Origin: Candidatus Poribacteria bacterium
GTDB lineage: Bacteria; Poribacteria; WGA-4E; WGA-3G
Reading direction: 5' to 3'
Length of the DNA: 64,000 nt
Assembly: GCA_965214095.1 (NCBI GenBank)
Contig: OZ243938.1
Coordinates: 1,184,001-1,248,000 of the forward strand
Shown here: piece by piece, positions 9,815-19,807 of the stretch
Layout: each line of letters opens with the position of its first letter
How positions within the stretch are numbered: the first letter of the stretch is position 1
Notes under the pieces: model-generated
What the model saw: the letters and a program-made list of their open reading frames with translations, nothing else
Database searches by the model: none
What the model was told of the DNA's origin: nothing
Made by a program: the position numbers and the translations under genes

Positions 9815-11461
9815 CTACAAGATGATACGACGAATCCACTCGTTGTCATCTTGATCGGGGAAATCCGAGCGAAAATGTGCACCACGGCTTTCGGTGCGTA
9901 ACAACGCGGATTGTGCTATTAACCACGCGACATTGAGCATATTGAATGTTTCACACAAACCCACATCTGTAGTGTGAAGTGACGTTGATGAGGATGGAAG
10001 AACCCCTATCTCTACCCCAATCTCATCTAAATCAGAGAGTGTAAGTTCTAATCCCTCACCATCACGTTCAATCGCAACGTTTTCCCAAAGTGTTTCTCTG
10101 ATCGCATCTTTAATAGCGACTATTGTTTCACCGTCTATATCATCTATCAAATCAGTAGATTGGTAGTTTGGTATCGGTAAGGTTGGTGGGGTAATAGATG
10201 TCTGTGCTTTTGCATGTACTGCAGCGTTGATTCCAGCGCGCACGCCAAAGACCAAACACTCCAAAAGAGAATTACTTGCCAAACGATTCGCTCCATGCAC
10301 ACCAGTACAGGCAACTTCACCACACGCAAATAGACCATGAATGTTTGTTTCCGTATCGGCATTAGTACGGACACCACCCATCATAAAGTGTGCTCCCGGT
10401 CTGACAGGGATTAAGTCTATACTAATATCCAAGCCATAACGTTCTGTCGTGGAAGAGATAGTTGGAAATCTCTCAAGAATAAAATCTGCAGGTTTATGTG
10501 TTATATCAAGATATACACATGGAAAATCGGTCAGGAACATCTCATTCTGGATGGCGCGACTGACAACATCACGCGGTGCAAGTTCACCTTTCTCATGGTA
10601 TTTATCCATGAAACGTTCGCCACGGATGTTGATAAGTCGACCACCTTCACCACGCACTGCTTCAGATATGAGAAAATTGGGAGCACCGTCAAGGAAGAGT
10701 GTTGTTGGATGAAACTGGACAAACTCCATATCAATCATCTCACACCCAGCACGCCACGCTGCTGCGAAACCATCACCTGTTGCTACTTCTGGATTTGAGG
10801 TGCACGGATAGAGTCTTCCAAGTCCACCTGTTGCAAGTATCGTTGCTTTGGCATAAAGGTTTGTCAGTTCACCCTCTACGATAGCGGAAACACCATAGCA
10901 GATTACTTTGTCGTTTTCAGAGATTGATGATGTATCAGTAAGAAGATCAACCGCAAAAGCGTCTGATATGACGCGTATTCGGTCTGTGCTTAGCACACGT
11001 TGGACGAGAACATCGGTTGTTTCCCTACCTGTAGCATCACCTTTGTGTACAATTCTTTTACGACTATGCGCTGCTTCCTGCGTAAAACGCGGAAGAGTCC
11101 CTTCCCAATCAAAATTAGCACCCCAATCCAACAATTCCTTTACACGTGGTATTCCTTCAGAAACCATCGTTTCCACAACATCAGCATCGCAAAGACCGCA
11201 CCCCGCACTGCACGTGTCTTCAACATGCAGGTCAACAGTGTCATCAATATTCATTGCGACTGCAATTCCGCCTTGTGCATAAAGAGTATTGCTTTCTTTG
11301 AGGGTAGTTTTCGTGATGAGTGTAACATCAGCACTTTCACTTGCAGCAAGTGCAGCACGTAATCCCGCAGCACCGCTTCCAATGATGAGCACATCAGTAC
11401 ACCACTCAGATGATACTGCTGTATTCAGGACAGGAATATCTGATTCGTTATCCATTTGCAA
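9815..11461 (-). CDS. nadB: L-aspartate oxidase
   Basis: IIGSGAAG, AQGGIA, EAAHS, QFHPT, ISEAVRGEG, ELAPRDVV, GVHGANRLASNSLLE, ESRGAHFR. Confidence 0.95.
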   Translation of the reverse strand: MQMDNESDIPVLNTAVSSEWCTDVLIIGSGAAGLRAALAASESADVTLITKTTLKESNTLYAQGGIAVAMNIDDTVDLHVEDTCSAGCGLCDADVVETMVSEGIPRVKELLDWGANFDWEGTLPRFTQEAAHSRKRIVHKGDATGRETTDVLVQRVLSTDRIRVISDAFAVDLLTDTSSISENDKVICYGVSAIVEGELTNLYAKATILATGGLGRLYPCTSNPEVATGDGFAAAWRAGCEMIDMEFVQFHPTTLFLDGAPNFLISEAVRGEGGRLINIRGERFMDKYHEKGELAPRDVVSRAIQNEMFLTDFPCVYLDITHKPADFILERFPTISSTTERYGLDISIDLIPVRPGAHFMMGGVRTNADTETNIHGLFACGEVACTGVHGANRLASNSLLECLVFGVRAGINAAVHAKAQTSITPPTLPIPNYQSTDLIDDIDGETIVAIKDAIRETLWENVAIERDGEGLELTLSDLDEIGVEIGVLPSSSTSLHTTDVGLCETFNMLNVAWLIAQSALLRTESRGAHFRSDFPDQDDNEWIRRIIL

Positions 11462-11488
11462 GCCTTTCGGTGATCACGACTATAGCGA

Positions 11489-11911
11489 TTATAGTGTAGG
11501 TGCAAAACTATCGTCAACAGGCATTACTTTGCCAATTCCCGTAGCAATAACCGTGTCATCACTCAGTTTTATCTCTGCCTTCGCTTCTATTAGTCGTCGT
11601 GATACTTTAATTCTTTCTGCGGATACATAGAGTTTCACACCTATTGGTGCGGGTTTCCGAAAACGCACCTCAAGTTGGGCAGTAACTGCTGGACCATTGT
11701 ATGTTCCTATGCCGATGTGTGTAATCGCCTCATCTAAGAGAGTACTTATTATACCACCGTGTAGAATGTTTGCCCACCCCTGCAAATGTTCGGGTGGTGT
11801 GCATTCTATGTGAACTGCAGCACCCGAATCTATGACTTGAGGATTAACTTGCAAGCCATACGGATTTTTCATTCCGCATACAAAACATCGGTTGTTATTT
11901 TCAATAGCCAT
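11489..11911 (-). CDS. PaaI-family (hotdog) thioesterase
   Basis: CFVCG..NP.GL and HGGIISTLLDE motifs. Confidence 0.88.
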   Translation of the reverse strand: MAIENNNRCFVCGMKNPYGLQVNPQVIDSGAAVHIECTPPEHLQGWANILHGGIISTLLDEAITHIGIGTYNGPAVTAQLEVRFRKPAPIGVKLYVSAERIKVSRRLIEAKAEIKLSDDTVIATGIGKVMPVDDSFAPTL

Positions 11912-11977
11912 AATATCTATAAATTGAATTGATACACTTAGTGTTCTGTCTACCTTTATTGTAAGGGTAATATGATC

Positions 11978-12001
11978 GTAGGGGCGAGGTCACCTCGCCC
12001 T
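11978..12001 (+). repeat. Single REP hairpin GTAGGGGCGAGGTCACCTCGCCC
   Basis: GTAG tag followed by a palindrome; imperfect inverted flanks span about 11940-12039. Confidence 0.75.
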
Positions 12002-12048
12002 CTTCCAAATCTAATACCCGTAATTTTAGAATGGACACTCCACTTAGT

Positions 12049-14706
12049 TCATGGAGAAGTAAGTAATGACAAACTTCGTTCTAATTTTTCTTGTTCAATC
12101 AACAACCTATCCAAGAGATCACGTTTTTGGACAACGACATTTTCAGGAGCACGTTCAATAAAGTTCGGGTTTTCTAAGGTCTTCTGTGCTGCCGTAACAT
12201 CTTTTGTTGTCTGTTGATGTCGTTTTGTCAAACGTGTTTTTTCTGCCTCCAGATCAATCACTCCTTCCAAAGGTATATAGATTGCCATTTCTCCTATGAC
12301 TGCCTCTGCAGATGCAGGAGGTTTCGGTAAAGATTCCGCAATTGTAATGGATTCCACACGAGTAAATGCAGGTAAGTAGTGTTCAAGATAGGTTTCAAGC
12401 CGTTCACGAATTTCAGCATTTGGTGATTGTATGTGAACTTCCACAGCAGCACCTATCGGCACATTCAGTTCACCACGAATGCTTCTGATATTATCTATAA
12501 CCTTCATAAGCGCATCCATCGTGGCTTCTACTGATGGGTTTTGAGCTGAAGGTTGAGGCCAAGGTGCAACGGTAACAGATCCATTTTCATCAGGAAAATC
12601 TCCCCGACTGCTAAGAGGGAGTTGCTGCCATATTTCTTCTGTGAGAAATGGCATCAATGGGTGGAGTAGACGTATAATCTGTTCTAAGACATCAGCAGCA
12701 ACCCATAATGCCTGAGGCTCATCGTTTGATAGTCGCTGTTTAGCAAATTCCAAATACCAATCACAGAATTCATGCCACAGAAATGCATAAAGTGTTTGTG
12801 CAACTTCATGAAAACGGAAATTCTCCAATGCCTCTGTCGTTGTTCTGATTGTATAATTTAGTCTGCTTTGTATCCATAAGACTTCTAACGGAAGTTGATC
12901 ATCGTCATCAACACCATCTGCAGGCATCGGATGTTTTTCCAAATTCATCAGCAGGAACCTTGCTGCGTTCCATATTTTATTCGCGAACCTTCTTCCTGAT
13001 TCAATCTGGGATTCTGGTAATGCAACATAAGGGATAGGTGTGCTAGCATTTGTAAGAGCAAACCGAAAAGCATCCGTACCATATTTCTCTATAGTCTCTA
13101 TAGGATCAATGCTGTTTCCCTTAGATTTACTCATCTTCTGTCCCTTCTCATCAGCAACAAGTCCGTGAAGGTAGACAGTCCTGAATGGCACTTCATCCAT
13201 ACATCCGAGTCCTAACATGATCATCCGTGCAACCCAAAAGAACAGAATATCCCATCCGCTAACAAGTACTGATGTGGGATAAAAGGTCTTCAACTCTTCG
13301 GTTTCTTCTGGCCACCCCATAGTTGAGAAGGGCCATAATCCTGAACTGAACCAAGTGTCTAACACATCTTCGTCCTGATGAAAATCCGTTGAACCACATT
13401 TGCACTTTTCAGGTGTATCCATTACAGCAGTAACTTCTTCACATGAATTGCAATACCAAATCGGCAGTCTATGTCCCCACCATCTTTGTCGTGAAATCGG
13501 CCACGGTTCGATATTTTCCATCCAGTGATAAAACCGTGAAGTTTCACGTTCAGGAATAAATGTGATGTCACCTTTTTTAGTCGCTTCTATCGCACGATCA
13601 GCAAGTGGACGTACATTCATAAACCATTGTAATGATATGGCAGGTTCAATAATAGTGTTGCACCGATCATGGTGTCCAACTGCATGCCGATGTGGAACTA
13701 TTTTGACGAGATAATCCTCTTTCTTCAAATCCTCAATGACCTGTTTCCGACAATCCCAGCGAGATAAACCGGTGTATCTCTCCCCTGCATCTTCATTCAT
13801 GTGTCCATCAGTGGTGAAGATGTTCAGTTGTTCAAGATCGTGTCTCAGTCCGATTTCATAGTCATTAACATCGTGGGCAGGAGTAACTTTCAACGCACCA
13901 GTACCAAATTCAGTATCAACATATTCATCCGCTATAATTGGAATCTCTCTATCGCAGAGAGGCAGGAGAACCTTTTTACCGATCAAATGTTTGTATCGTT
14001 CATCATCAGGGTGGACTGCGACTGCGGTATCACCTAACATCGTTTCAGGACGAGTCGTCGCAATTTCAAGAACAATTTCTGTGTCTATTACAGGATAGTG
14101 AATGTGGTAAAAGTTGCCGTCAATCTCAACCGGTTCTACCTCAAGATTACTTACTGCAGTATGACATTGTGGACACCAATTCACCATATATGTGTCCCGA
14201 TAGATGAGTCCTTGGTTGAAGAGTTTTACAAATGCAGTGCGAACTGCTTTAGATAAACCTTCATCAAGCGTAAACCTTTCACGTTCCCAATCACAGGAAC
14301 AACCGAGTTGCTGTAGTTGTGATACGATATAACCAGCAGATTCCTCTTTCCATTGCCACATCCGTTCAATAAATTTCTCACGTCCGATTTCGTTTCGACT
14401 CGAACCTTCCTCTGCCAACTTTCGCTCCATGATGAGTTCAGTGACAATCCCCGCATGATCGGTTCCTGGCATCCATAATGTGTTTAGTCCTTGCATACGT
14501 TGCCAACGGATAAGACAATCTTGAAGTGTGTTATCAAGCGCATGTCCAATATGCAAACTACCAGTAATGTTAGGCGGAGGAATGACAATGGCGTAGGAAG
14601 GTTTGTCGGAGGTAGCTTCGGCGTGAAAAAAGTTATTACTTTGCCAATATTTGTACCACTTACCCTCAATGGAATGAGGGTCGTAAATCTTTGGGAGACT
14701 CGTCAT
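12049..14706 (-). CDS. valS: Valine--tRNA ligase
   Basis: PPPNITGSLHIGH, TTRPET, GTGALKVTPAHD, SRQRWWGHR, DTWFSS, KMSKS, C-terminal coiled coil. Confidence 0.97.
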   Translation of the reverse strand: MTSLPKIYDPHSIEGKWYKYWQSNNFFHAEATSDKPSYAIVIPPPNITGSLHIGHALDNTLQDCLIRWQRMQGLNTLWMPGTDHAGIVTELIMERKLAEEGSSRNEIGREKFIERMWQWKEESAGYIVSQLQQLGCSCDWERERFTLDEGLSKAVRTAFVKLFNQGLIYRDTYMVNWCPQCHTAVSNLEVEPVEIDGNFYHIHYPVIDTEIVLEIATTRPETMLGDTAVAVHPDDERYKHLIGKKVLLPLCDREIPIIADEYVDTEFGTGALKVTPAHDVNDYEIGLRHDLEQLNIFTTDGHMNEDAGERYTGLSRWDCRKQVIEDLKKEDYLVKIVPHRHAVGHHDRCNTIIEPAISLQWFMNVRPLADRAIEATKKGDITFIPERETSRFYHWMENIEPWPISRQRWWGHRLPIWYCNSCEEVTAVMDTPEKCKCGSTDFHQDEDVLDTWFSSGLWPFSTMGWPEETEELKTFYPTSVLVSGWDILFFWVARMIMLGLGCMDEVPFRTVYLHGLVADEKGQKMSKSKGNSIDPIETIEKYGTDAFRFALTNASTPIPYVALPESQIESGRRFANKIWNAARFLLMNLEKHPMPADGVDDDDQLPLEVLWIQSRLNYTIRTTTEALENFRFHEVAQTLYAFLWHEFCDWYLEFAKQRLSNDEPQALWVAADVLEQIIRLLHPLMPFLTEEIWQQLPLSSRGDFPDENGSVTVAPWPQPSAQNPSVEATMDALMKVIDNIRSIRGELNVPIGAAVEVHIQSPNAEIRERLETYLEHYLPAFTRVESITIAESLPKPPASAEAVIGEMAIYIPLEGVIDLEAEKTRLTKRHQQTTKDVTAAQKTLENPNFIERAPENVVVQKRDLLDRLLIEQEKLERSLSLLTSP

Positions 14707-14827
14707 TTTATTACCTGTAGAGATTTCTTCTAAACCAAGTTAACCAGATTGTGCTGTTATAGCACACCCACCGAGCACGCTAAACAACAATTATTTCTAT
14801 CTATTTCAATAACGAAATACAATGTGT

Positions 14828-15400
14828 CTACGTAAAGGACGGTTCTACCCAACCATACGCCCCATTATCTGATTGATAGAGTAAGTTGACCTGACGCGTT
14901 TCAGAATTTAAGAACATCAATAACGTATCACCAGAGGTGTGAAGTTCAGTGGCAGCTTCATTCACAGTCAGTGGTTTTGCTGCAAACTTCTCACCAGCAG
15001 GGACAATTATAGGTGAATCAGGAACACCTAAATCTGCAGGAATGTCAGATACATCTTGATTCAACTGTTCAACTACCTCGCGATGGGGTACATTATGACG
15101 CTTATCCTTTACTCTTTCCTTGTATTTACGGATCTGTTTGACGACTTTGTCTGAAGCACCGTCTAATGCAGACATCAAATCATGTGTTTCGTTATTAGCA
15201 AAAAATGAGACTCTTGGTGCAGTCACTTTAACCTCAGCTTCAAAACGATGCTTTTCCGCTTTAAGAATTACATTAAATTCATGTATCTCACTAAAACGAG
15301 ATTCAACTTTCTCTGCACGTTTGATAATATAATCATGCAAGTCGTCAGTAATTTTGAGATTATGTCCGGAATAAGTGATTTTCATAGTAACATCCCCCAT
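14828..15400 (-). CDS. hpf: Ribosome hibernation factor, long HPF/RaiA
   Basis: S30EA domain plus C-terminal KPLTVNEA...VNLLY....YGWVEP; downstream of rpoN; start may be 15385. Confidence 0.9.
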   Translation of the reverse strand: MGDVTMKITYSGHNLKITDDLHDYIIKRAEKVESRFSEIHEFNVILKAEKHRFEAEVKVTAPRVSFFANNETHDLMSALDGASDKVVKQIRKYKERVKDKRHNVPHREVVEQLNQDVSDIPADLGVPDSPIIVPAGEKFAAKPLTVNEAATELHTSGDTLLMFLNSETRQVNLLYQSDNGAYGWVEPSFT

Positions 15401-15467
15401 GATTTATCCTATTAAAATTGTTTTTGAATGTAGAAAATTGCTGAAATCACATAAATCTGTTTGATAA

Positions 15468-17240
15468 TTACTTTTCAATGCTTTTTCTTTGACGGGAAGA
15501 AAGTATACCAAGTTCCTCACGATATTTTTGTACAGTCCGTCTTGCAACCACCATGCCTTGTTTCTTCAACATATTACTTATTGTTTGATCGCTTAATGGT
15601 TTGCCAGTGTCCTCATTACTTATCAAACCCTTTATTGCACCTTTGACATGTTCAGGCGATACGGAACTTCCCTGTGTCGTAGCCAACTGATTTCTAAAAA
15701 AGAACTTCAACGGATAGGTGCCGATTGGCGTTTCAACATATTTATTACTCGTGACACGACTGACAGTTGATTCATGAACACCTGCCATTTCAGCTACAGT
15801 TTTTAATGTCAAAGGTTTTAGGCTCTGTGGCCCCTGAGTCAAGAAATCGGATTGCACCTCAAAAATCGCTGCAGTGACGCGTTCAATTGTGCGTCCTCGT
15901 TGTGATATACTACTCAGAATATCTATTGCGTCATTATATTTTTTTTCTATCCATTTTTTTGCTTCTACGTCTAATGTGTTTTTTTCGTCCCGCATTAAAC
16001 TTACATAATATGGATTCATACGTAGCCGTGGAATGTAATTATCATTCGGTAAAATATAGTACTCTCCCTCTGTTTCCACCAATCTCACATCTGGTGTGAT
16101 GCCTTGCACTGTCTCAGGCGACTTAACCATGTCTTTTACAGATGGATCTGTAAAGTACCTGCCAGGATACGGAGACAGAGTGCCAATCCAATCAGATGCC
16201 GCCATTATGTCTGTTTGATCTACTTTCAGTTCGTCCGATATTGTTGAGATACGATTCTCTATTAGATCTTGTAAGTGATTTTCTACAATCAATTGAGCTA
16301 ACTGAAAGGGAACATTCGTCTCAAAAGGCATAGATCCGTTATGTTTGTGATGCTGCATTTCATAGTGTCGAATCTGAATACTCAACGTTTCTTCAAGGTC
16401 ACGATACGCGATACCGATCGGTTCAAATGTATCTTGAATTGTCCGTAAAATAGACTCAACTTTTGCTACTGGACATCCTACTTCTGTTGCAATATCTTCC
16501 AAAGTAAGTTCATAAAGGTTGAGTTCTTCTCCTTCATAGATAACAGTATATGTCTTTTTACCAAAGGTATCAATTAGATGCCACTTTTTTGACCTGTTTT
16601 CAAGAGTTGTATCAATCAATCTAATTTCATATTGCTTGTTTTCATTGTCCGCTTTTGATATATTATCACTCAGTTTTTTTGATAGTGTACTTTGTAATTC
16701 ATCGGATAAGTAACCATTGTCAAAATTTTCAAGGTGTTCTATAGGAAGAGAAAACAACTTGAGTTGGAGCTGACCATCATCGTTTAGGTTGCCTATGATT
16801 AACTCTCCAATGTTACGTTCTTCCTCCGTAAAAGGTGCTAATTGAAGTTGTTGCAGAAGATAATTATGTAGAGAGACCACTTCAGCAATGTCTGGTTCAG
16901 GAGTACTACTACTCTCATGTTGGACATTTCCATTTGAAACGGGAATCCGCATATCGTCAAAAACGGAATGCCAGTCTATATCAACGGAGGTATCCTCCTT
17001 ATCATTGTTTTCTTCAGGTTTATTCCATTCAAGTGAAGAATCGTATTCCTCCATAGTCAATGCTGTATCGGGTTCTTCCTCAATTTCCAACAACGGGTTT
17101 TGTATCAACTCTTGGTCTATATATTGTTTCAATTCAAGTTGCGGCATCAGCAACACCTTAATTGCTTGCTGCAATTTAGGTGTCATAACTATTTTTTGTT
17201 GTTGAGTCTGACTTGGTGCAAGCTTCTGTTGCATTTTCAT
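15468..17240 (-). CDS. rpoN: RNA polymerase sigma-54 factor with an ~85-aa insertion
   Basis: Gln-rich region I (MTPKLQQAIKVL), HESTVSRVT, RpoN box ARRTVQKYR; start placed at MKMQQK after GGAG. Confidence 0.95.
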   Translation of the reverse strand: MKMQQKLAPSQTQQQKIVMTPKLQQAIKVLLMPQLELKQYIDQELIQNPLLEIEEEPDTALTMEEYDSSLEWNKPEENNDKEDTSVDIDWHSVFDDMRIPVSNGNVQHESSSTPEPDIAEVVSLHNYLLQQLQLAPFTEEERNIGELIIGNLNDDGQLQLKLFSLPIEHLENFDNGYLSDELQSTLSKKLSDNISKADNENKQYEIRLIDTTLENRSKKWHLIDTFGKKTYTVIYEGEELNLYELTLEDIATEVGCPVAKVESILRTIQDTFEPIGIAYRDLEETLSIQIRHYEMQHHKHNGSMPFETNVPFQLAQLIVENHLQDLIENRISTISDELKVDQTDIMAASDWIGTLSPYPGRYFTDPSVKDMVKSPETVQGITPDVRLVETEGEYYILPNDNYIPRLRMNPYYVSLMRDEKNTLDVEAKKWIEKKYNDAIDILSSISQRGRTIERVTAAIFEVQSDFLTQGPQSLKPLTLKTVAEMAGVHESTVSRVTSNKYVETPIGTYPLKFFFRNQLATTQGSSVSPEHVKGAIKGLISNEDTGKPLSDQTISNMLKKQGMVVARRTVQKYREELGILSSRQRKSIEK

Positions 17241-17271
17241 CACACGGCACTCCAAAATTCCATATCAGACA

Positions 17272-17376
17272 TTATAGTGAATTATTAATATAAGTTGACA
17301 CTTTCTTCCCATGGTAGGCGATGTTTCCTAACCTCGCCGATGCAGAGTGTTCAAGTAATTTCAAAATCTACTATAA
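17272..17376. repeat. REP hairpin (GTAGGCGATGTTTCCTAACCTCGCC) inside imperfect TTATAGT...ACTATAA inverted flanks
   Basis: Family A-like loop at 17314-17338. Confidence 0.7.
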
Positions 17377-17438
17377 GTGAATTTTCGTGATTGTGTTTGA
17401 AAATAGTTTAAATGTAAGAAAATCATAATATACATTGA

Positions 17439-18191
17439 CTACGGGTTATTGTCTTGTAGCGTATATTGAAAGTTTTTGCCAAAATAGAGTTCTCTCGCAA
17501 CTTCACTACTTAGAAGTTCATCTGGTGTTCCAGAAAGTGTTATTTTACCGTCGGCTATCAGATATGCACGATCAACAATATTAAGCGTTTCAACTGCATT
17601 GTGATCGGTAATTAGAATTCCAAGGTTGCGGTTACGTAAATGTAATATCAGTTGTTTTATATCCGCAACAGCAATTGGGTCAATCCCAGAAAGTGGTTCA
17701 TCAAGAAGGATAAAGTCAGGTTGTGCTGCCAATGCTCGCGCAATTTCTGCACGACGGCATTCTCCTCCTGAAAGTGTATATGCTTTCCGGTCCAAAAGAT
17801 TCGTTATTCCAAGTTCATCCGTAAATTCTATTATACGTTCTTCACGTTCTGTCTTTGGCATGCCACGCGCCTCTAAAATCGATTCAATATTCTGTTTTAC
17901 CGTTAACTTTCGGAAGATTGATGTCTCTTGAGAAAGATAACCTATGCCGAGGCGGGCACGTTTATACATCGGTAGAAATGTAATATCTCTATCTCCGTAG
18001 GTGATACGACCTGCATTGGGTCGGATTAGACCGACCACCATATAGAATGTAGTTGATTTCCCAGCACCGTTTGGTCCCAATAATCCTACAATTTCACCTT
18101 GTTGAACCGATAGACTAACTTCATTTACGACAATTGGACCCCGACGTGTATACCTTTTTACGAGATTATGTGTTTGTAATTCTATTGACAC
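17439..18191 (-). CDS. lptB: LPS export ABC transporter ATPase
   Basis: GLLGPNGAGKST, LPMYKRARLGIGYL, LSGGE, LLDEP, ITDHN; adjacent to rpoN. Confidence 0.95.
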   Translation of the reverse strand: MSIELQTHNLVKRYTRRGPIVVNEVSLSVQQGEIVGLLGPNGAGKSTTFYMVVGLIRPNAGRITYGDRDITFLPMYKRARLGIGYLSQETSIFRKLTVKQNIESILEARGMPKTEREERIIEFTDELGITNLLDRKAYTLSGGECRRAEIARALAAQPDFILLDEPLSGIDPIAVADIKQLILHLRNRNLGILITDHNAVETLNIVDRAYLIADGKITLSGTPDELLSSEVARELYFGKNFQYTLQDNNP

Positions 18192-18266
18192 GTACTTACT
18201 ACCTATTTTCTCCTATTACTGAATTATTAATCATTCACTTCAAAAACAATATGATTTGTTATGTAA

Positions 18267-19235
18267 TCAATCTTGGGTTTCTTCTTCATCTGTATCTTCA
18301 GTTGCAGTATCGTCAGATTCAGGTTGTTCGTTCTCTTCAGGTTCAGTCTCTTCAGTATCACTATCATCTATAGATTCAACTTCTTCCTTCACACTATCAT
18401 TTTCTTTTTCTGCTGTCTTTACTTTGCTTTCTGTTTTGTCAGAATCGGTTTCAGACTTTTTCTCTGTTTCTGGAGAGCCCACCTTATTCTCACTCACATC
18501 AGGTTCTGTTGAGGGATCTGTTCCATCAGAATCAGAATCAATATCTTCTGATTCCTCAGATGCAGTTGGTGCTGCTTGTGTAACGGTTACCTTGAATTTA
18601 ACGTCACCAACCCCAGTCTGTTTCCCTGTCACTCTGTTGAAAGTAAAGAGTTTTGTTTCAAGTCTATCATTCTTTTGTAAAACAATTACATTATCTTTTA
18701 AAGTAATGATACTTGTAAGATTGTCCATTGTTGCGTGGTCACAGGTTGCAAAGATCTTATCATCTCTGATTTCCACGTTCCCAACAGCAACGATTTCAAC
18801 TGTTTCTCCTGTTTCAGGATCGCTTTTTAATGTGATTGTATCTGCGTTTAGAAAACCAATCTCAACTCCATCCTCAGTATGTCTTTTTGTTTTGGCATTA
18901 CCAATAAGGATTGTAATTCCGACTTTCTCATCTCTTTCCATTCTATCAGAGGTTCCTGTAATTACCTCTTTCGTGATCTCAACTTCTTGCTTCTCTGTCT
19001 CATCTTCTTGTTTATCCAATGTAATAGATGAATTGTCTTCAGTGTTCTCAGGCGACGTATCAGGGGTTTGTTCAGTTTCCTGCACATTTTCAGCTTCTGG
19101 TGCTTCTGCTGCAGTAACATGCAATGATGTCAAACAAAGTAGTATCCCCAAGAATACTAACAATTCTCTCACGAAAATCGGAAGTTTCTGAGATGTATCT
19201 GTTTCTAATTTAGTGTTGTTTCTCTTATTCTTCAT
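18267..19235 (-). CDS. lptA: LptA/OstA-like periplasmic protein with long acidic tails
   Basis: Signal peptide, beta-jellyroll-like segment (IVAVGNVEI...ITLKDNVIVLQ); lies between lptC and lptB. Confidence 0.75.
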   Translation of the reverse strand: MKNKRNNTKLETDTSQKLPIFVRELLVFLGILLCLTSLHVTAAEAPEAENVQETEQTPDTSPENTEDNSSITLDKQEDETEKQEVEITKEVITGTSDRMERDEKVGITILIGNAKTKRHTEDGVEIGFLNADTITLKSDPETGETVEIVAVGNVEIRDDKIFATCDHATMDNLTSIITLKDNVIVLQKNDRLETKLFTFNRVTGKQTGVGDVKFKVTVTQAAPTASEESEDIDSDSDGTDPSTEPDVSENKVGSPETEKKSETDSDKTESKVKTAEKENDSVKEEVESIDDSDTEETEPEENEQPESDDTATEDTDEEETQD

Positions 19236-19779
19236 TTATTTCCTCGTCTTTAGGATAAAGTCTAAACCTGTTATTTTTCATCGTTACGGTTTCAAGGTTT
19301 GGATTAGCAACCATTTCTGTGCCATACCAAGTGGAGTCTCCACGTAGAATCTTTACTTCGTTTGGGGCATAAAGCGTGCCTTCTTTGTTTTGCCATTCAA
19401 GGAGTTCTGTATTTAATGTGCCGTTTTCGTTCACACCGATGACATTACCTTGAAGATATACGTTATTTCTCTTTCTACCTGTGCTGTAAAGTTCACCTGT
19501 CAGACTCGTCAATGTAATGGATACCTTACCTTCTTCATATATCTGCACTTTGGGATTTTGGACAATGATTTTATTTCCACGTGCTTTGTTTTCTTGCATC
19601 TCAGAGGAGTCGCCAACAAGTGTCCACTTCAAAACACCCTCTTCCGTGTGTTGTGTCGTAAATGTTTCAAGTTGTTGAAGCGGTGCCGGTTCTGCTGGTG
19701 GATTTTCCTCCTCACGCTCACAACCTATCACAACTAAAAGAGAGATACAGAAGAATACAATTAAAGATATATTCCTCAA
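19225..19779 (-). CDS. lptC: LPS export protein LptC-like (start uncertain)
   Basis: Hydrophobic N-terminus ending in GC; G.LKWTL, LQGNV, LNTELLEW; operon context. Confidence 0.75.
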   Translation of the reverse strand: MRNISLIVFFCISLLVVIGCEREEENPPAEPAPLQQLETFTTQHTEEGVLKWTLVGDSSEMQENKARGNKIIVQNPKVQIYEEGKVSITLTSLTGELYSTGRKRNNVYLQGNVIGVNENGTLNTELLEWQNKEGTLYAPNEVKILRGDSTWYGTEMVANPNLETVTMKNNRFRLYPKDEEINEE

Positions 19780-19807
19780 TAACTGATGTTCAAGAAGTGT
19801 GTTGACA

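Noticed and set aside
14707-14827. T-box riboswitch upstream of valS
   Set aside because: The gap is short and has no recognisable T-box (GGTGGNACCGCG) or terminator; only a small hairpin is present
16512-16766. Intein in RpoN
   Set aside because: No Cys/Ser start or His-Asn end, and too short for a typical mini-intein
18256-19191. 311-aa + strand ORF, and similar antisense ORFs such as 26622-27389 and 59484-59978
   Set aside because: Shadow frames opposite well-supported genes with biased composition
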